Origin: Tubiluchus corallicola | Taxonomy: Eukaryota > Animalia > Priapulida | DNA: 32,997 bases | Reading direction: 5' to 3' | NCBI GenBank assembly: GCA_030141605.1 | Contig: JAQGDQ010001599.1 | Location: 1 to 32,997 of the forward strand | In this document: piece by piece, positions 1 through 10,419 of the stretch | Layout of the letters: each line of letters opens with the position of its first letter | Numbering within the stretch: position 1 is the stretch's first letter | Position numbers and translations under genes: made by a program | The notes under the pieces: model-generated | Database searches by the model: none | What the model saw: the letters and a program-made list of their open reading frames with translations, nothing else | Told to the model about the DNA's origin: nothing

Positions 1-2269
1 TGCTTTTTTATCGCCAAAATTTACTTTTTGTTAGTCGACACGTCCTTTGTTATTGGTTCACTGCTGCCATTATTACAGCTGAAACGAAATTTTTATTATT
101 TTTTTATTATTATTATCACATTCAGTGCAATATAATGACATTAAGCAGACATTGACATCAAAATTACTACATCATACTGTATTAAATTGTTATATTTCAT
201 ACACTATCGTTATCATAAAAGCATAATTGTAAATCGCTCTTTATTCGCCGAAGTGGCATAGTTTTAAAACCGCGGGCTTAGAGTCTTAATTACGAACAAA
301 CTAAAGACGAAAACACTAAATTAACAACCGAATTCAGCAACTCGGCGCTTATTTATACGAGGTGACGCAAAAAAACGCGTCGAAGTTTCGATCACGATGT
401 TATAAGAAGGTATCCGAGTCGCTTGAAAATTATCACACTGATGTTACAAACGATTGTGAATGATTTCATTTTTTATGTCACCATTGTTAAAATTTACAAC
501 AAACAATTCTACGGAATCCACTATTTTCACTGTGAACAAGAAGAAGGCGATTTTTTCAACAGCTGACACAGTGTCTCATTTTTTTAAGGTGTTTTTTGTC
601 CCAACACTCAGCAATTTTTGCCTTTAGTTCCCAAGCATCAAACTATTTTCCGTTCCAGACATTGTAGTCCAGAGGATTAAGTCACATTTTTTCTTGGCAA
701 TTAATCTTTACCAATTGTACTACAATCAATGACTGCCATATTCCAACTCAATATTGTAGTGATTTATACGTCATTTCTATTAAAACATAAAAAAGGCCAT
801 TTTACAAATTTACATTTAATCCTGTAGTTCTAAACTTTACTAAACACAAAATCACGCAGTAAGTAAACCTAATTTGGTAATTTACTAATTTATACGACTT
901 TCTATCAAATTGATAAGATTGTCATTCATTAAACTAAAATGTTCAAAGTGATCAGTTCACAATGATTCAAAGTAAATTTACTTACATCGTATGTCTCCAT
1001 AAAGCAACTCTAGTATTTACCAATATATCTGACAAATTATGCCCTTATCATACTGTAAAAAACTACTTTTAAAGAAGCCTGTTAACGTCTACCAGCTACC
1101 TCACTTGCCCAGGTAGAAACAGATCTGCACAGGTGAGTGACCGTGGTCACGTGACCAACGAGATACTTAGCGAAATTCCCTACACCAATGTTTGTAAAGA
1201 CAATGATGTAAACTGATTGAATTCTTTAATATTTTGCTGCCCATTTTGCTGATGATTATCTAATGTTTATGTTTTTGAAACGCAAACTGTAGAAAACAAA
1301 CACGAAAGTTCCTGGCATGTGGAGTTTAGTGAGAATCTTTATTTTCTAAATGAAAAAATACATAAAATTTGCTGTGTCTAAGTTGACAGAAATTTGAACA
1401 AAAGAAAACAAAATTTGCTCTCAAATTACTAAACACAATAGATTTATAACTTAAATTACTGACTTCATTCGGCTACCCATATAGAGCCAACTGTCATGAA
1501 GCAAGACATGAAGTTTCTCACATAAAAAGTTGCATTATTTCACCATAATTACACATAAGTTTGTATTCAAGGTGCCAGATCTCTCCCATATCCAGCTGTA
1601 GCAGACTTAGTTATCTTCTTACAAATTCATGTACGAGGCGCCATCTGTGGCGGTAACGTAAAGCTTTTAGTTCTGGCCAGCTTTCAGTGGTTACCTGCTG
1701 GTCACCTGTTTACTCACCTGTGTTCTGAACAGTCAGGTTAATCCACTTTATGGGACATTTGGAACATTTACGTGCTGATTTTGTTATAATAAAGTAATCA
1801 GTGGTATTAACCTCTGTAGAAAGCGTTTCTGTGAATACACCAGCTAAGTGAACCAATCTACCAGGCAAGTGCGTGGCTCCCTCAAGTGGGAAAATAAAAA
1901 AACAAATTTCGGCTAACAGGCAAATAATTATTTTCACATTTCAGCCAATAACATGCTTTATTTGCACATGCTCATCTTGTTTCTACCAAATGTTTCTACC
2001 TTCCCAAAGAAGTGTTACGGTATTCCTAGTAGATATTGAACAAGTTGAACATTTTGAATAAACGAATCTTGAACAACAAAAAAGGTCAATAATTAATTTA
2101 TCATTAGTTTAGGATTGGCTATAATAAATTAGATAATTTTATGCAGCAGATTTGTAGTAATACGAGTAATAGTAAACATAAAACGTGAACGAAACACACG
2201 CAAAATCAAAATAAATAAAAATAAACTTTTCAGTTGTGTCATACATTTTATTTCTTTAATTTTACTCAG

Positions 2270-2396
2270 AGCTTCAGATAAACTACTAGAAGCAGAGGTG
2301 GAAATCAACACTAACAGCAAATGCAAATCAGCTTATGGAAGTAAAATTAAAGGGGATATGATATGCGCCTCAGCAACTGGTAAAGATAGCTGTCAG
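2270..2396 (+). CDS. Penultimate exon of a trypsin-like serine protease (peptidase S1A)
   Basis: Translates as ASDKLLEAEVEINTNSKCKSAYGSKIKGDMICASATGKDSCQ. Pyrimidine-rich acceptor ttttactcAG ends at 2269 (an alternative AG ends at 2277) and donor CAG|GTAAGA starts at 2397. MICA..GKDSCQ is the trypsin motif with Asp189. Earlier exons (His/Asp catalytic residues) were not recognised in the window. Confidence 0.93.
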
Positions 2397-2714
2397 GTAA
2401 GAAAACAAATCGTGAAGATTTTAACTTTGTTGCCCTGAAAAGTTTGCACTAATGAATATGGAAAAGTATCCAGGACGTAGAAGAAATATGATTAAACTTT
2501 TACATATAAGCATGCTTATAGAGCGACGATCGTTTCAACTGCTGTAGCCATTGTGTCCGCCTTGTGCTTCATTGTCATCTCTTGATTCTACTGTACATCC
2601 AGTATTTCTAAAGATACAGTACCGAGGAATTCGTGCAATGCATTTTATATCCTGTTACGCTGCGTGTGGTTACAGTGAAGCTTTTCTCCTGTCTGCCAGT
2701 GACAAAAGCCACTC

Positions 2715-2966
2715 AAATTATTACGTTCTAATGTAGTGTAAGAGTACACTTGTGGTGTGTGCCAGACGTCTTACATTGGTCAGAGACAACGTCATCTTTG
2801 TAGTAGAGTTGGGGAACATCGCGAAGGCCAGCTTTGTTCTCACCATGCTGCATGCGATTGGGAGAGCTTCAACTCTGCATTTAGCATTTTATATAGTGCA
2901 AGTAATTTTCAAAATCTCAAAACAGCAGAGGTCTTATACATTATGAAACACCGTCCGATTCTTAAC
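2715..2966 (+). pseudogene. Penelope-type GIY-YIG endonuclease remnant
   Basis: One frame reads KLLRSNVV*EYTCGVCQTSYIGQRQRHLCSRVGEHR...FSILYSASNFQNLKTAEVLYIMKHRPILN, matching the Penelope VVY-x-CxxC-x-YIG-x-RHL-x-R-x-EH ... E-x-I-x-P-x-LN pattern. TAA at 2739-2741 replaces the conserved Tyr. Confidence 0.92.
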
Positions 2967-3317
2967 TGTCATCGGTGGTACATTGTAGCACCCTATCTAC
3001 TACTATGTTTTGAAATTTGTTTGACTACGTTCCTCAGGGTCTGTAGTAGTCCTGGTGAATATAGTCTCTTGTCACCTTCACATTGACATGCTGCTGGTTT
3101 CCCTTATTGAAGTTCCCACTTGATGTTGATTGTGCAAATATGTAGAAGTTGTGTTTTTTTCGTATAATACTTACTGCTGTGGTTCTTCGGTAAACAGACT
3201 TGGACTAATTGTTTGCCCCCTGTTGTGTTCTTTTCTGGTTTTCATGTGTTAGGTAAATTTTTTTTACGTTTCTCTGCAATTTCTTCGGAAACAACTTCGT
3301 TTATTTTGATAAGTTAA

Positions 3318-3760
3318 AGGAAGGCAGGATGGTTTTACATATACTACCCCATTTTCAAGTCCGATACAAAGTATACATTTTAACACAAATAATACTGAAG
3401 AGCGTTTCTGATTATGAAATAATAGTTTAAAAACTTAATTAACAGCGGTCGAGCCCAACTATCGATAACATCACAAACTAACATGATTTTCAACAGTAAA
3501 AATATTCCAAGAGCGTGTTGCACGTGTTTGCGAAAACAAAAATGGACGTACAGTGCTGCTGTAAGATATTCGGTCTGTTGAACTAAAACTAGGCAAGTTT
3601 TAAGATAAAAATTCAAATTTCAAATTTACTGCTGTACTCACGTATGAGCTGTCGAACGTGTGTAGTTCGTCACAAACTAACACATCTGAATTGTGAGGCA
3701 CAGCACCTGCTTGTAACAGCGAAGAACTAGTGGCGCGAACGCGAAATTGTGTTTGTGTGA
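3318..3760. mobile_element. Dispersed repeat copy 1, probable non-autonomous DNA transposon (Kolobok-like start), nested in the Penelope element
   Basis: Colinear with 28743-29105 (shared CATA(TA)CTACCCCATTTTCAAGT, ACTAGGCAAGTTTTAAGATAAAAATT, TGTAACAGCGAAGAACTAGT). Begins TTAA|AGGAAGGCAGGAT. The superfamily is inferred only from the TTAA-AGG start. Confidence 0.75.
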
Positions 3761-3944
3761 TAACAATTCTTTGACGTAAGTCACTTTTGAAAAAATATTA
3801 TGTTCCATTTTAATATTTTGAAGACTAGATTGTTTTGGCCTACAATTTAAGATTGGATCCGGTTTTGTTTTGAAACCTAATCTGTTGTTTCGCAGTTTCA
3901 GTCATGCCTTTGTATTATTAATGTGTTGTTGCTTTTTGTTTCGA

Positions 3945-3996
3945 TTTTTTAGTTTGATAATGGCTACAGTAACCGAAACGATCGTCACTCAATAAA
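3945..3996 (+). ncRNA. Minimal type I hammerhead ribozyme motif (Penelope-associated), U3-A8 core variant
   Basis: Stem I AGT(3951-3953)/ACT(3987-3989); core TTGATAA (3954-3960) plus one extra T; stem II GGCTA-CAG-TAACC (one mismatch); GAAA (3975-3978); 2-bp stem III closed by palindromic GATC; GTC triplet 3984-3986. Confidence 0.75.
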
Positions 3997-4275
3997 CATG
4001 GTGGATACCTAGAAACAGACTCTCATGTATTTTCCATATAGCTTTTGAATTGTTAACTCGAACGTACAAATTACTAAACCTATGTAATGATGCAATACGT
4101 GCTATGAACGACTTACTAATTGTACGCGCATGATAGTAAATCTTCCTTACAAGTTATTAAATGCCCGGATTTTTATACATCACAGTAAATTATCCGTTTT
4201 TCATACTTCATAGTTTACTCGGATAGAAAAATTTATCAAATAACCAATGAAAGTTATACAGGCTGAACTATGTTG

Positions 4276-4743
4276 CAGTGGCGGCTCTTGGTTAAAATTA
4301 CTGGGGGTGCTGCTTCAGATAATTTTTAACCATTGTTTTAATACTGTGTAAAACCATACAATCATGTAACTTTAAAGTTGTAATTGTAATTTTTAACAAA
4401 TAAACATACGAAAGTTTATACATGAACTTGATGAAGTCCTAAACAGCTTACTAATAGCCTCAATTGTCGCAGTTCAAGCTTGATCCGGTGAGCACGTGAC
4501 AACTGACAACAAACTGTGTGAGCGACAGTACTTTCACTAGTTAGGCTCAGACATATGCGCATGACCGCATGCCACAACAGTCAAACACCGCATTGCTTGA
4601 GCTGTGAGCGCACTGTACTGGGCTGTGAAGCAAGTACTACCAGCTCTAAAGAAAAATACTTATTATATTGAATATTAGCAATAATATCGGATGAAAATAG
4701 GGGGTGCAGCAGTTCCACAGTACCTATACACGAGCCGGCACTG
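4276..4743. mobile_element. hAT-like MITE (468 bp)
   Basis: Terminal inverted repeats CAGTGGCGGCTC / GAGCCGGCACTG (11/12), subterminal GGGGGTGC motifs at both ends, no ORF. The 8-bp flanks CTATGTTG / GTGTTTTG match only 5/8. Confidence 0.75.
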
Positions 4744-4822
4744 GTGTTTTGATATGTTAGATACATGACGATCTTACGAGTCCTTCAAATTGGTGGGTCG
4801 AATGAAAATTGATTCATTTCAG

Positions 4823-5020
4823 GGTGATTCGGGTGGACCACTTGTAGCAGAAGTCGACGGTCAGAGAAAGCTGTGTGGAATTGTATCGTGGGGATATGGT
4901 TGCGCTCACCCTAACTATCCTGGTGTTTACGCAAGAGCCAGTAAATTCACCAAGTGGGTGAATAAGAAGCTGGCAAAAGCAGGAGTAACAGCGGAGCAGT
5001 GCGCATGCGCAGAGAAATAA
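4823..5020 (+). CDS. Terminal exon of the same trypsin-like serine protease
   Basis: Acceptor catttcAG ends at 4822, then GDSGGPLV...[20 protein letters not shown]...KW, with TAA at 5018-5020. A phase-0 intron (2397-4822) joins DSCQ|GDSGGP and rebuilds the catalytic Ser motif. AATAAA occurs near 5228 and 5312. Confidence 0.96.
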   Translation, partial: GDSGGPLVAEVDGQRKLCGIVSWGYGCAHPNYPGVYARASKFTKWVNKKLAKAGVTAEQCACAEK

Positions 5021-5149
5021 GAAGATCGTTATTTTTACTGTGGGGTGGTGGGTGTACGATTCTGTACGGTTTTAGAACTTATTGGCTGTCAGTTGAATAA
5101 TGAAAAACAAGCAATTTTTGTGAAGCCAGTTTTGAAAAATTTTATTACA

Positions 5150-5173
5150 GTTGTTGTTGTTGTTGTTGTTGTT
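5150..5173. repeat. (GTT)8 microsatellite in the protease 3' UTR region
   Basis: Direct reading. Confidence 0.95.
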
Positions 5174-5959
5174 TATTCCTGCTATAGGCGTACAATATTT
5201 CCGGTATTTACTCCTGAAGTAGGCGGAAATAAACAACAGCATGTATGAAAATGGTGTTCTGGTGTTCTCATTTCAAATTGGCTTCAGTTTTGGTGTTCTG
5301 GTATGATATAAAATAAACTAGGTGTTTTGGCATAATACGTGTATCAGCCGTGTATTAATTATTTGTTTTACTATTATAACTATTCTTAGACACCTGGAAC
5401 ATGCACGCGTTCACATACAGCCAATTTTGGGTTGAGTAAATTTTGAAGTTTTGTTATTATCATGATCATTGAGTTGAAATCAAATAAGCATCTTCTCACA
5501 GTGCCAGCGATGGATGGTGATCGTGAAAGGTCAAAGGTTAAGTGCACCAAACAATGCATTTGTATACACTTGACAACGCATCGCAGCCCGTGCTATTGTA
5601 ATACTATCTGCTTTAACAGCTAGCTAGAACCTTACCTAGTTCATTTTTTCTTGTTCAAAAGTAAGATCCTGCTAGTAAATCACTCTACGCACAGATCAAT
5701 GCATAATTAAGTAAAGTCCGCGTAAAACAACTGAACTTTGTCTTCAAGAAATTGCAAAACTCTCCAACAGCTGCTTCGAGTTACTAGTGTGAAAGTGTTC
5801 GGCGAGTTACTCTCGTTACATCTCGTAGCAGTAATTCAAGTAATTACATTAACTGTGAAGCCTTCAGTTACATGTTCATTACGCAAAGTTCAGAACAGAT
5901 TGTATGCTATTATGTCAACAGATCAACAAGATGGTTCAAGTGTGCTCTAATACGTGTCT

Positions 5960-6575
5960 GACGAGAATACTTGTACTAGTCTGGTTATTTAACACAGCCA
6001 ATGAGCAAAGAACTGGATTAACAGATAAATTTATGTTAATAAAATTAATATCTAGAGGATATGTATCAGCAATACACAGTGTCATGCGCGAAAGGAAAGT
6101 TTAACATTCGTCTTAATGCTTTTCTATATTCAGTAAATAACGTCGACATTCAGTTCTTTAATAAATCGTCAAGTGAACATCCATAGAAGGAGAAGCAGTA
6201 AGCATGAAACAATTTAAGCATCACTCCTTTATCTGTAACCGAGTTACGGAGCACAAAATAGCATTAACAGATGAAATAAACTCATTTTTTTACATCTTAC
6301 AACATCAGTAAATCCATTAAGGTTTGATGCTAGTTTGTGACCCAGATGACCCACTTCATCTGTTCAATTTAGTACTGTACCATTAACTGTAATTCTAGGT
6401 AAGTTAATTAAGTTCTGGTTGTTAGTAAATAAAATACACTTTGTTTTACTGGAGCTAAGAATCATGTCGGTGTCAGGTCTGGTCAGCATACTGGACATTG
6501 GTCTAAGGTAGGTCACAGATGGTGCCGGCAGGGTTACATCATCCGCATACCCCAGAGCTCCAGCGCAACTGTTCA
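5960..6575 (-). mobile_element. LINE reverse-transcriptase fragment (RTE-X-like), degraded
   Basis: Minus strand GALGYADDVTLPAPS...SKTKCILF...ITVNGTVLN*...VGHLGH, then after frameshifts MLKLFHAYCFSFYGCSL...YRKALRRMLNFP. YADD is the RT catalytic motif. The clade is inferred from the downstream motifs and the boundaries are approximate. Confidence 0.88.
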
Positions 6576-7431
6576 GCAAGTGGCGTCCAAGCTTATGCCT
6601 ACCAAGAGAGACACAAACAAGTCATCTATTTTCTGCTGGCGTCATCTAGCGAGTAAACCCTTAAAATCAAATTCCAGACTTTGTTCGGGAATGACACTAT
6701 TGTTCCTCATATACAAACCACCAAGAAAACGTTAAAAGTTTCAGAAAATGTTAGAAGAGCATTTGCTTTCTGTTTCTGTGTAAAAGTGAAGCTCCAAAAA
6801 GTACACAGTGTTTGACGTTGAGAAATCTGGAAGTTTGTTTTAAGGCAAACATCTGCTGAACAACATTCTTTTGTCATTCAATTATAAATTACTAGCAAAG
6901 GCCCCGCAAAAAAATTTTGCTTATAAATCCACTCATAATCAAATATGCGCAAACATTCTACCTAGTGTTTGTCTGTTTATCTAACGCAAAGCCAGAAGCT
7001 TTCACTGAATTAAAGTTACAGGCAGAGTATAATGGATGACGTCACAATTATGGCTTTGCGTCAGCAGTTTTCCAAGCGAAAATTGCCAAAAATAGAACAT
7101 CTAATTAACTCGTCGTCACTGCTCTTGATGGACGTGTCCTAATATAGCCCACATCATCGTATAGCCCTGTTCTTCCTCTTTCTAAAGAGCCGTATATCTC
7201 CCTTCGAGAGTCCCACCAGGTGCCGTCAGAACGTTTTTTTCTGCAGGCTGTTTGAGCAAAAAAATTTCGAAAAAAATCACTGGTAATATTTGTTATTTTA
7301 GTGTTTCATGGGAGTAGTAAAGTACGTTATAATTGCTGTGGAATGTATAAAAGTTAAATAACTGTTATTATATGAAAATATAATGGTAAATCACCAAATT
7401 TAATATTAATTATATTTTGTTTTTAATAAAG

Positions 7432-7673
7432 CTGGCGAGCATTTTTGGATTGGTTTAATGGACATACACGAGGAGGGTGACTGGAGGTGGTTTGCAAAAG
7501 GTGGACCTGCCCTTTTTACTTCTTGGGATGTAGCAGATGGCCAACCAGATAATTACGGCGATGGCGAAAGCTGCGCCATCTTGCGGGCAAATGGGAACAC
7601 GTGGAATGACTTTTCGTGTGATACAGCAAAATTTAGGCTAATATTAAACATGTTTGTATACTGTTGTTACTGA
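7432..7673 (+). CDS. C-type lectin domain exon (C-terminal half of a CTLD); may be a pseudo-exon
   Basis: After AG at 7430-7431 (phase 1): GEHFWIGLMDIHEEGDWRW...FTSW...GQPDNYGDGESCAIL...TWNDFSCD, containing the WIGL, QPD and WND motifs. The frame stays open to TGA 7671-7673, with AATAAA at 7691. The 3' boundary is uncertain. Confidence 0.85.
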
Positions 7674-7811
7674 TTTGTATACTGATTGTTAATAAACGAA
7701 ACTTAGTGTGGATTTTACTGGTATTTGAGGACAATTTATACGCATGACTACGTGTTCCTATGTAGCAAGTTTGCAATTCTTGTATATCACGCGCATCTGC
7801 TTATACACAAT

Positions 7812-7919
7812 TACGGCGTTGAAAATACCGGTTGTTCAAAACAGGATGATGACAAGGGTTCTCGTGTGATCACCGAAGTTAAGCAACGAAGAGGGGGGTT
7901 AGTACTTGGATGGGTTACC
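7812..7919 (+). pseudogene. Truncated 5S rRNA-derived sequence (pseudogene or SINE3 head)
   Basis: CGTTGAAAATACCGGTT ... CTCGTGTGATCACCGAAGTTAAGCAACG ... GGTTAGTACTTGGATGGGTTACC matches animal 5S rRNA through boxes A and C. It is interrupted by an insert at 7834-7860 and lacks the 3' end of 5S. Confidence 0.88.
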
Positions 7920-7930
7920 AACAGGTAAGT

Positions 7931-7978
7931 GAGTGAGTGAGTGAGTGAGTGAGTGAGTGAGTGAGTGAGTGAGTGAGT
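7931..7978. repeat. (GAGT)12 microsatellite
   Basis: Direct reading. Confidence 0.97.
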
Positions 7979-8379
7979 AAGTAACAGTTTACGATGTTTA
8001 TATAATCACAAAGCACCAATCAACTCATTCGAACTGAGTGGGTGTCTAATGACGTGGATTTCTAAAACAGGTTAATCTTCTAGTCTAACGATTTCGTTTA
8101 AAAAGAGATCCTAGTTTTATCGCGCCACCTTCTTATTCAAAAGTGCCAGCTATCATCACGTTTTGCATTTCTTGTTAAACTCAACGTGAAATGAGCGTTG
8201 GAAACTGCTGATATTCTCAAGGTGTTCCACTTCTGTTTATTGCAATGTAGCTATTGCCTCTATTCTCACTGACAGTACGAACACTGATTTATATATATTG
8301 ACAATCACTGAATAAAAACTTTACAGAGATGATCAATCAGTGTTAGTTAATAAAAACTTACACTGCTAAAGGCAAATGC

Positions 8380-9260
8380 GTCAGTGCAATCTAAACTACT
8401 GTGCAGTAATGGAAAGTAACGACGAATAAAATCAAACATATTTACAACTATGCACAAAAAATGAAAAAAATATGATTTAATTAATATGGCCGTGGATATG
8501 TGAACTCTGAATTAGTGTGTATGTTGTCGTACTAGTGTGATGGTATTTCATATCTGGTTAATATTAGTGATTTTAATTTTGTTTTAAATGCTGGTAGGGA
8601 CCTGATTTGTTTAACATGTAATGGTAGAGAATTGCTTGCTTGATTACAGAGTTCGTTCCGGGTATTTGTCCTAATTTGTTTTAGATTACTTGTTCTGGAA
8701 TTAACGATAGGAGTTGGAGAAAAAGGTAAATCTGTTATTCTGGAATGGTTTTCTGATGTTGTTAATGCATTTAAATATAAAAAGCAGAGTAAAACATTCT
8801 TTGTGTGCTTACGTTCCTGTGTTCCTGTAACAGTCCCGCGTTCCTGTAAACGGTACATTTACTTCAGAGAACCTAGAAGAATCAGTGATTCTTTGGAACA
8901 TGAATAAGTACAATAAAACGTTTCAAGTGTTTTATCACTTGCACATTGTATCGTATACAGAGCAAACGTTATCACGTAATTTTTTATCAGGAATAACCAT
9001 AGACACTACGTAACAATATTACTATCCAAAATTAGAATTATAAGTAAAAACACCATTGGTGGCAATATTAGGTACACGTTTTACATAGCCATCAACAAGG
9101 ACCTTGAACTGATTCATCCAGAGGGTTTTACTAAAATGACGCATCTTAAAACTTAAGCTGTCTAATAAACTGTCTAATATGGATCTATCAGCAAATTTCG
9201 AATTGACAAAAATAGTCGTTTCTTATACTGGAACAACAACTATGGCTATGCCCAAGTTGT
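8380..9260 (-). mobile_element. Degraded LINE 3' fragment (CR1/L2-like)
   Basis: Minus strand LGIAI...LLDSLSFKMRH and C-terminal NSLPLHVKQIRSLPAFKTKLKSLIL. The putative 3' UTR shares TGCGT(C)CAGTGCA...AAACTA..GTGCA...AACATATTTACAA with 10423-10490. Boundaries are approximate. Confidence 0.65.
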
Positions 9261-9540
9261 ACAACGACCTTTGGCCAGAAAACATGACAACAGAATTAGC
9301 ATTTGTATGCATTTTAGTAAGGTAAATTTCTCAAGTTTCAATAATTTGCTGTACAATTGGCTTCATCAAGATTAAAAATCAATTCCTAACAACTGCTATT
9401 TTAAACTGCAAAGTGCATGACTACAAATTATCCATTTATTACCCACAATATATTATAAGTAAAATCACTTAACTCGAGGATTAGCCAATCTACAAGGTCC
9501 AGCAATTGGTCCAATCGGGGTTCCTAATATGAGCTGTTAC

Positions 9541-9954
9541 CTGCGCCTCAGTGGTTGGCTTGATCCAACTGTGCAGAAGTCATCTTCACTGATAGCAATA
9601 GAAAGTTTAGCTCCTACCTTATAAATGCACGACAGAGAGTCCACACCTTGTCACCTGCCTGCCTGACATCAATCAGAAAGAACCCCGTCTCTCTGTCGTC
9701 CCCCCTTTTTGAAACCGCTCGGTCAGGTGACATGATACACCTGCTGGCTGGCTGGCTGGCTATCTGAGAATCTCGACTTCTGGCTTAGCTGACGTTCCTT
9801 GGTCAGCTGGCTACCAGGTAAGCAGTTCGCACGACCGAGCTTTGACATCAATTAAGTGCAATAGCGCAACGCCTGTTGGTCACTCGACTGACCAGGTACC
9901 ATTCCCCATCAACTGCTCGCGGACGACGCTAACGAGTTTCGAGCTTCACGGAAT
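9541..9954 (+). other. GC-richer island dense in short inverted repeats (candidate structured RNA or promoter/first exon)
   Basis: Stems include ACGACAGAGAG/CTCTCTGTCGT (9629-9639/9689-9699), CAGGTG/CACCTG, AGCTGAC/GTCAGCT, TGGTCA/TGACCA and GTTGG/CCAAC. TATAAAT at 9620-9626 and CAG|GTAAGC at 9818. Confidence 0.4.
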
Positions 9955-10419
9955 CACACCTGTATCCGAAGTACAAATCAATATTGGCCAAACTTCTCCT
10001 AGTTGACACAGGCTTCGTCTTGTAGTTGACATTTACACTGATTTATTAATTCACATATTTATCATAATTGGAGTTATCAGAGACGGTCTTCATAAGCCTA
10101 CTAAATGCGTGGGAGAAACTGAGTGAGTTCTTCTCCAAATGTAATAAATCATCTCTTTTTGATTTTATTTACGATTACTCTTTTAGCGATTCCAAAAAAT
10201 CACAATATCAATGTATTTATGACATTTATTATTTCTCTATCAGCAAGACACGTGAAATGTTCTCACATTGTTGATCATTGGTGAACAATGCGTTTCTGAT
10301 GTTATAGTTTACCTATATATTATATATTAATTCTTTATTTGTCATTAAAATGGTTCACTCATTATAATAAAATGGAGTAAGCCTCAGCGTAATGTTAAAA
10401 TAACAACACTGTTCAAGAC

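Larger units (their letters stand above)
2456..4039 (+). mobile_element. Degraded Penelope-like retroelement with inverted terminal segments, inside the protease intron
   Basis: GIY-YIG remnant inside. 2511-2552 is the reverse complement of 3959-4000 (35/42 identical). Further inverted blocks: ATATGGAAAA (2456-2465 / 4030-4039) and GTATCCA (2466-2472 / 4002-4008). Hammerhead motif at the 3' end. Confidence 0.85.

Noticed and set aside
355-400. TA-CGAGGTGACGCAAAAAAA resembling a mariner terminal repeat
   Set aside because: No matching inverted end or transposase sequence found in the window.
1637-1652. CTCF-like motifs (also near 6638, 7213 and 30180)
   Set aside because: Imperfect matches of a kind common in transposon sequence; no independent support.
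5502-5546. AG/GT-bounded segment as a possible upstream exon of the lectin
   Set aside because: No frame gives recognisable lectin or signal-peptide sequence.
6889-6920. Possible Helitron 3' end (CTAGT on the minus strand after a GC patch)
   Set aside because: No convincing subterminal hairpin or matching 5' end.
9980-10030. Minus-strand AAGACGAAGCCT...AGGAGAAG resembling a decayed hammerhead
   Set aside because: At least four core changes would be needed; not supportable.
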